From: a virus
Taxonomy: Duplodnaviria > Caudoviricetes
Length of the DNA stretch: 49,731 nt
Strand: one strand, 5' to 3'
IMG/VR virus record: IMGVR_UViG_3300044740_000032
Coordinates: 1-49,731 of that record
Shown: one piece after another, positions 28,240 through 37,065 of the stretch
Numbering within the stretch: the first letter of the stretch is position 1
Layout of the letters: each line of letters opens with the position of its first letter
Made by a program: the position numbers and the translations under genes
Notes under the pieces: model-generated
Database searches by the model: none
What the model was told of the DNA's origin: nothing
Seen by the model: only the letters and a program-made list of their open reading frames with translations

Positions 28240-29859
28240 ATGTCCTGGCTGGACGCGTTCTTTCAGGGCAACAAACAGCTCCCATCGGTCGCGTCGCACG
28301 CGGCTCTCCGCGCGACCGTCGGCACCGTCGGAAGCGCCATGATGGCGGCGTCGCGCTCGACGCCGCTCGATGGGGGCGGCGGCGTCTTCGCGTGGGTCGC
28401 GACGGCGAGCCCGCCGGCGGACAACGGCGGGACGATCATCGTACCGCCGCAGGGCGGCGGATACTGGCAACGCGTCTTCAGCGGCGCGCACGACGTCAAG
28501 TGGTTCGGCGCGAAGGGCGACAATTCGACCGACGATACCGCAGCGATCCAAGCCGCGATCAACGCCGCCCACGCGCTTATCACGGGCTCGAACCCGCAGG
28601 GCGGAGCGGACGTGCTCATCCCCACCGGCTACTATCGAGTCTCCACGTCTCTTCTGATCTATCCGTTCGTGGGTCTCGTGGGCCACGGCGGAGGGAGCGT
28701 CAACAACTCTCCGAGCACGATCGTCGCGACCGCAGGATTCACCGGCGCTGCAGGCGAGACCGGGACGCCGCCTGTCATACGCTTCGCCGACCGCACGCAA
28801 AACAACTACGGCGCGAAGCTCGAGAACCTCTCGATCAACGTCTCGCTCTTCGGTAGCGCGATCGTCGGTGTCGACTGGAGCTCTGGAAACAACGGTCTGA
28901 TCCGCAACGTGGCCGTCATCGGCAACCCGCCGGGACCAGGTATCGGCAGCGGCGTACTAGGCTTCAAGGTCACAGACGACAACGGCGCGATCACGAATGC
29001 CGGGCTGACATCGACGTTCTTCAACACGTTTCTAAACTGCTCCGCGACGTACGTCGAGATCGGCCTGCACTGCAAGACCGGGACGGTCGGTGGCATGGCC
29101 GCAAACGACTTTATTACGCTCCTCGTTACCGGTTGTTGCAAGGCGATCCGTCTCGAGAGCTACGTCAGTTCGATGGGCCTGTCGTTCCGGAATGGGTACC
29201 TCAACCCGAAGGCGTCGCCGCCCGCGGGGGCGAAGGCGATCGAGTACGTCGGGACGGGCCGACCATATCTCGACGTTGTGTTCGACAACGTCGAGATCGA
29301 GAACTTCCCGACGGCGCCCGATCTGCCGATGGTCAATCAGACCATCCGTGCGGCGTTGGGATACCCCGAGCCCGAGACGGTGCAGTTAGTCGACGGGATG
29401 ATCACGTCGAGGTCTGAGCGGCGTATCATCGTTGGCAACGTCGATACGCCTGGACTCGGCGAGACGAGTTCAAACCCGATCGCGCCGGCCGTCACGCACG
29501 GGTGCCAATCGCTAAGCTTCTGGGCAAAGGTTTCCAGCGGCACAACGCTCACCCAGGGTGTCGCGAACACGTTCCGATACTTCACGCAGATCGGCGCCGC
29601 CGCGTCGACGACAATCCCTGACCTGGTGCTGCGCTGCCACGCGAAGGCGATGGGAGGCCTCGTGCAACCCGCGAGCTTCGCCGGCGTCTGCTCCCTCCAG
29701 ACGGCATCATGGACGGGCGGGCAGTCGTGGAACGCGTACGACATCTCGATCTACGTCGGCACGACGTTCACGCTCACGAGCGACCTCGTGTTCTTCATCG
29801 ACGCCATGCAGCCGGCGGCGCTGTCGAACTTCAACCGGCTCACTGGAGGCTACGACTGA
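28240..29859 (+). CDS. Tailspike/depolymerase with pectate-lyase-3-like beta-helix
   Basis: DGGGGVFAW..DNGGTII and DVKWFGAKGD.STDDTAAIQAAIN..IPTGYY motifs. Confidence 0.85.
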   Translation: MSWLDAFFQGNKQLPSVASHAALRATVGTVGSAMMAASRSTPLDGGGGVFAWVATASPPADNGGTIIVPPQGGGYWQRVFSGAHDVKWFGAKGDNSTDDTAAIQAAINAAHALITGSNPQGGADVLIPTGYYRVSTSLLIYPFVGLVGHGGGSVNNSPSTIVATAGFTGAAGETGTPPVIRFADRTQNNYGAKLENLSINVSLFGSAIVGVDWSSGNNGLIRNVAVIGNPPGPGIGSGVLGFKVTDDNGAITNAGLTSTFFNTFLNCSATYVEIGLHCKTGTVGGMAANDFITLLVTGCCKAIRLESYVSSMGLSFRNGYLNPKASPPAGAKAIEYVGTGRPYLDVVFDNVEIENFPTAPDLPMVNQTIRAALGYPEPETVQLVDGMITSRSERRIIVGNVDTPGLGETSSNPIAPAVTHGCQSLSFWAKVSSGTTLTQGVANTFRYFTQIGAAASTTIPDLVLRCHAKAMGGLVQPASFAGVCSLQTASWTGGQSWNAYDISIYVGTTFTLTSDLVFFIDAMQPAALSNFNRLTGGYD

Positions 29860-29860
29860 C

Positions 29861-30097
29861 GTGGCACGCACGCCCCGCAAGTCCGAGCACCGTCCGCTCG
29901 AGCGTCGCGTCGACGCGCTCGAGAGAGGCCACCGAGCGATGCGCAAGGACCTCACCGGCCTGCGCAAGGACACGCGCGAGCAGACGGGCTTCATTCTCGG
30001 CATGCGCGCGAACCTAGCGCTGATCAAGTGGATGATCCCGGCGATCCCCGTCGTCGTCGTGGCGCTCTGGTGGCTCTTCACGCACGTCGCTCGCTGA
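29861..30097 (+). CDS. Coiled-coil plus C-terminal TM protein (holin/XhlA-like)
   Basis: Heptad N-terminus and hydrophobic WMIPAIPVVVVALWWLF. Confidence 0.55.
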   Translation: MARTPRKSEHRPLERRVDALERGHRAMRKDLTGLRKDTREQTGFILGMRANLALIKWMIPAIPVVVVALWWLFTHVAR

Positions 30098-30143
30098 TTC
30101 ACCGAGGCGCGCCGCGCGCGCCAACAACCGAGAGAGAAGGACC

Positions 30144-30326
30144 ATGAAGCTGGCTCACTACGTCATGCTCGCGTGCGGCGCTCTGGCCGCAGGCTGCCCC
30201 GCGCTCGAGGCCGCGTTCCCGCCCGGCGCGACGCCGTACCTCAAGGCCGCGCAGGCGTGCCTGATCGTCGTCGGCAGTGTGCTCGGCGCGATCTCGCCAT
30301 CGGCGACGTCGCCGGAGGCGCCATGA
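30144..30326 (+). CDS. Small membrane protein, possible holin
   Basis: AAGGA RBS; two hydrophobic segments. Confidence 0.5.
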   Translation: MKLAHYVMLACGALAAGCPALEAAFPPGATPYLKAAQACLIVVGSVLGAISPSATSPEAP

Positions 30327-30514
30327 CTCGTGTCGTCGCCGTCGCGTTGCTTCTCAGCGGGTGCGCCGCGAGCGAGGTGTCGCTCTACGCGGCGGACATG
30401 CAGGCGTGCGTCGAGACGGCGAAGAGCCGCGCCGACGCCGATGCCTGCCGCGCGAACGTCAAGGCGCGGTGGCACGACCGCTGGCGCGCCGAGTTTCCGG
30501 ACGCAGGGTTCTAG
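30323..30514 (+). CDS. Small lipoprotein (possible spanin component)
   Basis: Lipobox LLSGC; ATGA overlap with the upstream gene. Confidence 0.6.
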   Translation: MTRVVAVALLLSGCAASEVSLYAADMQACVETAKSRADADACRANVKARWHDRWRAEFPDAGF

Positions 30515-30516
30515 CC

Positions 30517-30702
30517 ATGCCTACGCTTGCTGAGGTTCTGAAGTTCCTCGAGTCTCTCCCGCTTGCCGATCTCCTCGCGTTCGCCGAGCGCGTCGAGGAT
30601 CTGATCGCGCACAAACAGACCGCCGACGCCGTGAAGGCCGGCGAGGCCGCGGCGGATCTCGCTGCCGACGCGGCTGAGAACGCGAAGTTCCCGCGTCAGT
30701 GA
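30517..30702 (+). CDS. Small helical hypothetical protein
   Basis: ATG two bases after the upstream stop; amphipathic helix. Confidence 0.5.
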   Translation: MPTLAEVLKFLESLPLADLLAFAERVEDLIAHKQTADAVKAGEAAADLAADAAENAKFPRQ

Positions 30703-30878
30703 CTGAGCTGCCGGACGACGTCCGCGCCGGCGATCGAATCGCAGCGGTGCCATGTCCGGTGCGCCACGGCCAGACGTGCGCGCCGTGCTGGTTCTGCCGG
30801 GGCGGCGGGTACGTGTACGCGCGCGACTACGCGCGGTGGGTGTTCGCGGGGAGACCTCAGAGCAAGCCGGAGGACTGA
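30699..30878 (+). CDS. Cys-rich mini-protein (59 aa), paralogue of 33161..33343
   Basis: Translated by hand: ..PCPVRHGQTCAPCWFCRGGGYV..WVFAGRPQSKPED; GTGA overlap. Confidence 0.6.
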   Translation: MTELPDDVRAGDRIAAVPCPVRHGQTCAPCWFCRGGGYVYARDYARWVFAGRPQSKPED

Positions 30879-30881
30879 CGC

Positions 30882-31310
30882 ATGGCGCGACGGCTGGTGG
30901 CGGACACGCTTGAGGTCACCGCGCCGCGCCGCCGCCGGCGACGCAATCCGCGCCTGCTCACGCGCCTCAACGTGCAAGGCAACGACTGGCGCGTCTACCT
31001 CACGAACGCCGACGACGAGCCGGATCTCGCCGGCGCCGACGGCGTGACGAGCGTCGACGACTCGCTGATCGCGCTCGACGAGCGGCTCGAGCCGACGCGG
31101 ATGGGCACCGCGTTCCTCCACGAGTTGATCCACGCGTGTCTCAGCGCGCCGGCCTCCGTCGAGGTGCTGGCGCGCGTGTTCGAGTGCAAGCACGCGGACG
31201 TTCGCGGCCGCGAGGAGGCTCTCGTGTCGTATCTCGCCCCGATCCTGTTCGACACGCTCGCGCGCAACGGGCTCCTGAAGCTGCCGAAGGTGCCGAAGGT
31301 GCCGCGATGA
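30882..31310 (+). CDS. HExxH zincin-like metallopeptidase
   Basis: FLHELIHA motif with downstream EE; GGAGG RBS. Confidence 0.75.
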   Translation: MARRLVADTLEVTAPRRRRRRNPRLLTRLNVQGNDWRVYLTNADDEPDLAGADGVTSVDDSLIALDERLEPTRMGTAFLHELIHACLSAPASVEVLARVFECKHADVRGREEALVSYLAPILFDTLARNGLLKLPKVPKVPR

Positions 31311-32572
31311 GCGACGTCAAGCGCGCCATCGAAATCCTGTCGCGTCACACCGACAAGGACGCGGCATGGTTCGAAATCCACGAGGCGCTGCCGCACATAC
31401 CGACGAAGGGCGCGCTCCGGAACAAGTTCGCGCGCGCGGGGCTCCGGTCGCCAACGACATACCTGCGCGGAGGCACCGCCGAGATCCCGATCGACCTGGC
31501 GCCGCCAGAGGAACCGAGTGTCGTAGTCGAGGACGATCCGCCGACGCAGCCGAGCGGACGCGCGCCGCACGCCGGACCATCGATCGCGAAGGCGCCATCG
31601 CCTACCATCCGCGCGCTGATGGACGCGCTCAAGCGCGAGCCGCGTACGGTCGAGGACCTCGCCGACGCGCTTGACCTGTCGCCGCGGCGAACGCGCGCGC
31701 TCGTCGACGAGGCGAAGTCCGCCGGGTACAGGGTCCAACTCGACGGCGCGCACGTCGGCCGGCCCCCATCAGAGCCGTCGCTCACCGAGCACCCGATCGC
31801 TGTCCCTGCCGCGGGCGCGTGGCGCATCTTCGCGGCGCTCGGCGACGTTCACGTCGGAAGCAAGTACTTCCGCCGCGAGTCACTGCTCGACTTCATTCGC
31901 ATCGCCTACGCGCGCGGCGTCCGCACGTTTCTCCAGGTCGGCGATCTCCTCGACGGTGGCTACCGCTTCCTCTTCTGGGAGCAACACCAGCGCGGGTTTG
32001 ATGAGCAGGTCGCAGAGGCGATCCGTGTGCTGCCTCAGCTGCCTGGCGCGGTGTACCACTTCATCGAGGGCAACCACGATCAAAGCCTCGGGGACACCTC
32101 GGGGCTCAACGTAGGCGAGGCGATCGTCAACGCGTTCCGCGCCGCCGGCCGACACGACATTATCTATCACGGCTCGCGAGGCGCGTACGTGCGACTGCTC
32201 GGCACCGGCGACTCGCGCGGCCTGCTCGCGCAACTCTGGCACCCACGCGGCGCCGCGAACGGCGTGTACGGCGCCGCGTATCCGCTGATCCGACACGTCG
32301 AGCGTTACGCGCCTGGGCAGAAACCTGACTGCCTGCTCGCGGGGCACCATCACGACTCGATCTACTTTCAGAAGCGCGGCGTGCACGCGTTCGCGTGTGG
32401 ATGCTGGCAAGGCGGTCAGAGCGCCTTCGGCAAGTCGATCGGCGGTGCGCCAGCGATCGGCTCGTGGATCGTCGAGTATGCGCTGACGGAGGGCGGGACG
32501 GTGCGGAGCATGCGCAAAGAGTGGCTCGCCTATCCGGAGTCCGAAACGGTTCGCGACGTCGCGCTCGGGTGA
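31307..32572 (+). CDS. Calcineurin-like metallophosphoesterase with N-terminal HTH
   Basis: GDVHVG, VGDLLDG, EGNHD, WHP and GHHH motifs; TVEDLADALDLSPRRT HTH. Confidence 0.88.
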   Translation: MSDVKRAIEILSRHTDKDAAWFEIHEALPHIPTKGALRNKFARAGLRSPTTYLRGGTAEIPIDLAPPEEPSVVVEDDPPTQPSGRAPHAGPSIAKAPSPTIRALMDALKREPRTVEDLADALDLSPRRTRALVDEAKSAGYRVQLDGAHVGRPPSEPSLTEHPIAVPAAGAWRIFAALGDVHVGSKYFRRESLLDFIRIAYARGVRTFLQVGDLLDGGYRFLFWEQHQRGFDEQVAEAIRVLPQLPGAVYHFIEGNHDQSLGDTSGLNVGEAIVNAFRAAGRHDIIYHGSRGAYVRLLGTGDSRGLLAQLWHPRGAANGVYGAAYPLIRHVERYAPGQKPDCLLAGHHHDSIYFQKRGVHAFACGCWQGGQSAFGKSIGGAPAIGSWIVEYALTEGGTVRSMRKEWLAYPESETVRDVALG

Positions 32573-32584
32573 AGGGCTGCCGGC

Positions 32585-32884
32585 ATGCACACGCTCACGC
32601 TCGACACCTCGAACAGCGCGCGCCCGAACACGTATCACGTGAGCGGCGTCTGGGGTGGCCTCGTCGAGGTCGTCGCGTACGTCGCCCCCACCGATGTCAC
32701 CGTCCCGCGCGTAGTGAGGCTGACGATCCAGATCGACGGCCCGCCGCGGCGCAGAGATCGCGACGGCGTGCACGCGCTCCTCGCGACGCGGATCGAAGGA
32801 ACGACCTACTCCGTCGAGAGCGCGGTCGTTCACCCCGAGCTCGCACGCGACAGCTACGTCCTCCTCGGCCTCGAGGTCCCATGA
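32585..32884 (+). CDS. Hypothetical protein
   Basis: ORF coupled to the next gene by ATGA. Confidence 0.5.
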   Translation: MHTLTLDTSNSARPNTYHVSGVWGGLVEVVAYVAPTDVTVPRVVRLTIQIDGPPRRRDRDGVHALLATRIEGTTYSVESAVVHPELARDSYVLLGLEVP

Positions 32885-33075
32885 GCGGCTCGTGGCCGGC
32901 GGCAGCGTTCGGGCCTGAGCGGCACGACACGACGCGGGAGATCCCCGCCGTCACGGTCGACGAGGCGCCAGACCCGATCATGTGCCCCGTCTGCACGGGA
33001 GATACGATCTACGACCCGCACGAACGCGTGCACGAGTGCATTCGGTGCGGCACGAAGATCGAGGCGTCAAAGTGA
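32881..33075 (+). CDS. Zn-ribbon mini-protein
   Basis: CPVC...CIRCG motif. Confidence 0.55.
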   Translation: MSGSWPAAAFGPERHDTTREIPAVTVDEAPDPIMCPVCTGDTIYDPHERVHECIRCGTKIEASK

Positions 33076-33164
33076 GCCCCAGCCTGCAGCTCGCGCTCGT
33101 CTGGGCATGCGTGATCGCGGTGCTCGTGATCGGGATGCTCGTGCCGCCGGACGACGAGCCGTGA
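33072..33164 (+). CDS. 30-aa single-TM peptide
   Basis: GTGA overlaps at both ends; hydrophobic core. Confidence 0.45.
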   Translation: MSPSLQLALVWACVIAVLVIGMLVPPDDEP

Positions 33165-33343
33165 CCGACGACGACGAGGACACGAAGCCCGAGCTCGCGG
33201 GGGCGTCGATCCCGTGTCCGCTCTGCCAGGCTTCCGCCGACGCCGCGTGCTGGCTCTGTCGCGGCCGTGGCCGTGTGGCGGGGCCGCGTCTCGAGCAGTG
33301 GATCGTGCTCGGGCGTCCGCTGGTGAAGCCGGCGGAGTGGTGA
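33161..33343 (+). CDS. Cys-rich mini-protein, paralogue of 30699..30878
   Basis: PCPLC..ACWLCRGRGRV..WIVLGRPLVKP. Confidence 0.6.
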   Translation: MTDDDEDTKPELAGASIPCPLCQASADAACWLCRGRGRVAGPRLEQWIVLGRPLVKPAEW

Positions 33344-33631
33344 TCGCGTGAAGCGGGCACGGGTCTACTACGCGCGGCTGACGAAGCGCGAGGCGCGAGT
33401 CTACCGCGACGACCATGCGAACACGCTGGCGGCGAGCGGGATCATGAGCGCCCTCGCGATCGAGGTGTTCCTGTGGAGCGAGCTCGCGAAGCATCGCTTC
33501 AAGCTGAGATCCTGACCTGGCCTCGCGAACGCCTCGTGCGCTGCGCGTGGGCGTGCGGCATCGGCGGGGCGGAGCGAATGACGGACGGAGAGCTGCGCCG
33601 CCGATTGGCGGTATGGCCGGAGGCGTTGGCG

Positions 33632-34291
33632 ATGAAGTTCGGAGAGAAGATCGCCGCGTTCGCGCGCGCGCACGTCGGCTGCTCCGCGCACCACAACCCG
33701 GACCTCTATCTCGAGGCCGTGGCGCCGCCGGCCGACCGAACGGGCCCGCACGTCGCGTACTTCATTTCGCCGCACCCGCCGTCCACATGCGCGCTCTTCG
33801 CGTCGCGCTGCCTCGCCGACGGCGGAGGCCTCGACGACAAGGAGATCAACGAGGACTACGCGCTCGAGGTCGGGAGCGCGGTGGCCAACGTGCAGATCGT
33901 CGCCCAGCGCCGCAACGCGCTCGAGCACACGACGTGTCCGACGGTGCCGTTCGCCGAGGGCGATATCGTCATCATCGACGGGCCGCCATACGGCGTCCAC
34001 GTGGTCGTGATCACCGAGGACGTCACGGTGCAGCCGGACGGCTCGTGGACGGGCAAGACGGCGCAGGGCGGCCAGGCCGACGGCGGCGTGCAGGCCTTCG
34101 ACTCGTCCTGGCACGTGCGCGGCGGCAAGATGTACGCGGGCACAGGTCAGCGCAACGTCATCATGGTCGCGCGCGCGGCGAAGTTCGGGATCGACGACAA
34201 CGTCGTGGCGCAGCCGGAGATCAGCGGCCCCGAGGCCGACGGCGGCACCGCGACCGGGCGCGCGGACTACCCCGAGGACGCGCCAACGTGA
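33632..34291 (+). CDS. CHAP/NlpC-P60-like amidase, candidate endolysin
   Basis: STCALFASRCL (catalytic Cys), GDIVII and GVHVVV (His); GGAGG RBS before ATG 33632. Confidence 0.62.
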   Translation: MKFGEKIAAFARAHVGCSAHHNPDLYLEAVAPPADRTGPHVAYFISPHPPSTCALFASRCLADGGGLDDKEINEDYALEVGSAVANVQIVAQRRNALEHTTCPTVPFAEGDIVIIDGPPYGVHVVVITEDVTVQPDGSWTGKTAQGGQADGGVQAFDSSWHVRGGKMYAGTGQRNVIMVARAAKFGIDDNVVAQPEISGPEADGGTATGRADYPEDAPT

Positions 34292-34434
34292 ATCACAAGC
34301 GTAGACGCCCGAAGCACAGGCGCGCCGGGTGCCTGCTCTGCAAGCCGCACAAGCGCAATCACGCCGAGATCAAGTTCCGCGATCCGCCTGGTGCGCGCCG
34401 CCGCATGCAGGATCGCGTCGAGGCTGAGACGTAA
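34288..34434 (+). CDS. Small basic CxxC..H protein
   Basis: MNHKRRRPKHRRAGCLLCKPHK; GTGA overlap. Confidence 0.5.
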   Translation: MNHKRRRPKHRRAGCLLCKPHKRNHAEIKFRDPPGARRRMQDRVEAET

Positions 34435-34439
34435 CCGCC

Positions 34440-34952
34440 ATGCGCCTCGCCGTACTCGCCCTCGCGCTGCTTGCGATGGTCGGGTGCCCGAGGCCTCCGC
34501 TACGGCACCCAGCCGGCGTCTGCGCGCGCGTGTGGACGTACTCGGTCGAGGACCTCAAGGTCGACCGCCACGCCGTACGCCAAGCGTTCGACGAGTGGAC
34601 GGTGGCGACCGGCGGGCGCGAGTGCTTCGTACTCTCGGACATCCAGCCCGCGATCCGCATAGTCACCGTAAGCACGCAGGCCGAGCTCGACGCCGTGTGC
34701 GCGGGCCATGTGTTCGCCGAGGTCGCTGGTTGCTGGAGCGGAGGCCTCGGCATCCTCTCGATCGCGCCGCGCAACCTCTGGGGCCGCCAGCTACGCGCGA
34801 TCCTGGTGCACGAGATCGGGCACGTGCTCGGGCTCGAGCACTCGACGGCGCTGGTGACTGCGATGCGCGCGCAAATCGGCGACTCGCCGCTCGATGGGCC
34901 GATCCCGGCTTCGGACAGAGAGGAGTACTGTCACCGATGGCGCTGCGATTGA
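34440..34952 (+). CDS. Lipoprotein metzincin (matrixin-like) metalloprotease
   Basis: Signal peptide with lipobox MVGC; HEIGHVLGLEH plus Met-turn. Confidence 0.85.
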   Translation: MRLAVLALALLAMVGCPRPPLRHPAGVCARVWTYSVEDLKVDRHAVRQAFDEWTVATGGRECFVLSDIQPAIRIVTVSTQAELDAVCAGHVFAEVAGCWSGGLGILSIAPRNLWGRQLRAILVHEIGHVLGLEHSTALVTAMRAQIGDSPLDGPIPASDREEYCHRWRCD

Positions 34953-35140
34953 TCCTGCTCGTGCTCGCGTCCTGCGCATACGGCGCCTCCGACGACGTCG
35001 CCGACGCGGGCGACGAGCGAGTGTCCGATGTCGCTCCGGTGATCGCCGGAGATGCGCCGCCGGCGCCGACGTGGGATCCACACGACGATCCGGGTGGAGG
35101 CGCGGCGCCGTACGTACCGCACGTGAGGGCCGCCGAGTGA
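34937..35140 (+). CDS. Small acidic lipoprotein
   Basis: GAGGAG RBS; lipobox LASC; DAG-rich tail. Confidence 0.55.
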   Translation: MALRLILLVLASCAYGASDDVADAGDERVSDVAPVIAGDAPPAPTWDPHDDPGGGAAPYVPHVRAAE

Positions 35141-35313
35141 CACCGACGCCGTACGCCGTCGACGAGTCGATCGTCTACTTCTCGCCGGGCGACGCCGAGG
35201 ATCTCGACCGCTACGTCGCCGACGCGCGTGTGACCGCGGCGTTCGTGATCTTCACACGGCGCGTCCAGTGGACGCTCAACGGGATCGCGGTCGAGGAGGC
35301 GCCGTGCGCCTGA
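35137..35313 (+). CDS. Hypothetical protein
   Basis: GTGA overlap with the upstream gene. Confidence 0.45.
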   Translation: MTPTPYAVDESIVYFSPGDAEDLDRYVADARVTAAFVIFTRRVQWTLNGIAVEEAPCA

Positions 35314-35354
35314 CCTGATCGTCCACCGCGACGTCACGCTCGACAACACCACCC

Positions 35355-35397
35355 GCCCCCGCGGCGCCGACGAGGCGCTCCGGGGGCTTTCGCATTT
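35355..35397 (+). terminator. Putative intrinsic terminator
   Basis: GCCCCCG...CGGGGGC stem with inner GCGCC/GGCGC pairing, followed by TTTCGCATTT. Confidence 0.55.
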
Positions 35398-35420
35398 CAC
35401 CGCACTCGAAAGGAGCCGCC

Positions 35421-35924
35421 GTGGCCCTCTACGTCTACCTGCTCGCCCTCCTCGCGTCCTTCCGCCCCGCGTGGGCCGACCGCCTCGAGGCGCCGGCCGC
35501 GCGCGCCGATCGCCTCGCCGATCTCGCCGCGGAGATCGTGCTCGCCGTCGAGGCCGAGCTCCCGGACGCCGAGGCGCAGCGCTCGTACGCCGTCACGCTG
35601 GCCTACGTCGCGTACCGCGAGACGACGCTGCGCCGCGATCGGCAGCACGCGTGCTACCGCGATCGCGGCCTCCGCGGCGAGGACTACGGCGTCGCGTGCG
35701 GCGCGTGGAGTCTGCACGGGCCGCCTGGCGCTGCGGCGTCGCTGCGTGTGATGCGCGTGAATCCCGGCGCGTGGTGCCTGCCGCGTCGCTCGCCGTGGAC
35801 CGGGATCCCGAGCGCCGCGGAGTTTTTGCGTATGCACCCGATCCCGCAGACGCCGTCTGCGCAGTGGGAGACGTGGCGGCCGGTTAGTCCCGGGCTCGCG
35901 GCGGCAGCCCAAGCGAGTCCCTAA
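35421..35924 (+). CDS. Secreted lysozyme-like/lytic transglycosylase-like protein
   Basis: Signal peptide (..PAWA); helix-end Glu in VAYRET and GAWSL resembling SLT GLMQL; AAGGAG RBS. Confidence 0.55.
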   Translation: MALYVYLLALLASFRPAWADRLEAPAARADRLADLAAEIVLAVEAELPDAEAQRSYAVTLAYVAYRETTLRRDRQHACYRDRGLRGEDYGVACGAWSLHGPPGAAASLRVMRVNPGAWCLPRRSPWTGIPSAAEFLRMHPIPQTPSAQWETWRPVSPGLAAAAQASP

Positions 35925-36087
35925 TCGCGTCCTCCGCGACCTCGCTCGGTGACCTGCCATCCGTCGCCCGCGCGCGCACCGCCTCGATCACGTCGCGTGG
36001 CATGGTCCAGTAGGTCTCGATCCGGTGTCGGCGCTCGTCGGGGGTCGAGTACCAGTCGGGGCGGTGCGCGCGCTTGGCTCTCGGCAT
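35884..36087 (-). CDS. Ribbon-helix-helix-like DNA-binding protein
   Basis: Strand-helix-helix pattern IETYWTMP-RDVIEAVRARA..SPSEVAEDAIR; GAGGAG RBS. Confidence 0.6.
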   Translation of the reverse strand: MPRAKRAHRPDWYSTPDERRHRIETYWTMPRDVIEAVRARATDGRSPSEVAEDAIRDSLGLPPRARD

Positions 36088-36357
36088 CTACTCCTCGTCG
36101 ATAGCTGTCTCGATGCGCCCGAGCGCATCGCCGGCCATCTCGCGGAGACGATCCGAGCGATCGTCGCCGCGGAGCGCGAGCAGCCCGGCGCGGAACGCCG
36201 TCACCCAGCGACGCGCCGCATCTGGGTCGCGCTGCTCGAACGCGGCGAAGACGTTGAATCTTGCCGTCTCGAGTTCCTGCCGCTCGCGACCATCCAGCGC
36301 TCGCACCGCGGAGCGGAGGACGTGTAGCTCGGGATCGATTTCGCTGCGAGATCTCAT
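36088..36357 (-). CDS. Hypothetical helical protein
   Basis: ATGA overlap; stop abuts the next start. Confidence 0.55.
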   Translation of the reverse strand: MRSRSEIDPELHVLRSAVRALDGRERQELETARFNVFAAFEQRDPDAARRWVTAFRAGLLALRGDDRSDRLREMAGDALGRIETAIDEE

Positions 36358-36494
36358 GCCCCGAAACCCTCCGCGATGGCCGCTCGGATCTCTCGACGCA
36401 GTTTCGGCGGCGCGTGTTTCGACGCGCAGACGAGGAGCGCGACGATCCGTGCCCACGTATCCGCTCGGATCGTGACGTAGACGCACGAGCTCAC
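36354..36494 (-). CDS. Hypothetical protein (46 aa)
   Basis: Starts at the GTG of the repeated linker. Confidence 0.5.
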   Translation of the reverse strand: MSSCVYVTIRADTWARIVALLVCASKHAPPKLRREIRAAIAEGFGA

Positions 36495-36766
36495 GACTGC
36501 ACCTCTACGATCCGAAACAGCGGCACGCCACTCCGCATCGTCTCCGAGCCGTACTCGATGTCCTCGTCGAGCGCCCACCGGCAGCCGACGATATCAGGGC
36601 TCGCGCCGATCGACACGAGCCACGCCTCGGCCTCGGCCTCGTCGTCGAACACACTCGCCTCAGCGGCCGAGCGGCAGGTCTGGTTTTCCGCGCCGTCCAC
36701 CGCAGGACGCCAGCCCCCAACAGCGCCGGCCCACTCGCCAGTGACCTCGACGCGAACGGCGCTCAC
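36491..36766 (-). CDS. Small acidic hypothetical protein
   Basis: Linker-defined start and stop; ends EVQS. Confidence 0.65.
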   Translation of the reverse strand: MSAVRVEVTGEWAGAVGGWRPAVDGAENQTCRSAAEASVFDDEAEAEAWLVSIGASPDIVGCRWALDEDIEYGSETMRSGVPLFRIVEVQS

Positions 36767-37065
36767 GACTGCACCTCCGCCGCACGAACGAGCGCGAGGA
36801 CCTGGTCCGCGGCGCGCAAGTGGCTAACACGCCACTCGGGGCTCTCGTCGTACGCCCTCGCGATCGCCCGAGCCTCGTCAGCGCACGAGGCGCGCACGAC
36901 GATCCAATCCTGCGCGTAAGTGTCGTCTTGCGTGATCGTCCGCGCGTCCGCCTCGCTCAGCAGCTGCGCCTCGCCATCCTCGATCTCGACACGCCATAAT
37001 TCGCCCGCGTCGGCCGCCTCCAGAAGGTCCGCGTCTGTCGTGAGCGCATCACCGCGGACGGTCAC
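36763..37065 (-). CDS. Small acidic hypothetical protein
   Basis: Linker-defined start and stop; ends EVQS. Confidence 0.65.
   Translation of the reverse strand: MTVRGDALTTDADLLEAADAGELWRVEIEDGEAQLLSEADARTITQDDTYAQDWIVVRASCADEARAIARAYDESPEWRVSHLRAADQVLALVRAAEVQS

Noticed and set aside
420-35960. Many long minus-strand and alternate-frame Arg/Ala-rich ORFs
   Set aside because: They are the shadow ORFs expected in high-GC DNA and overlap well-supported plus-strand genes.
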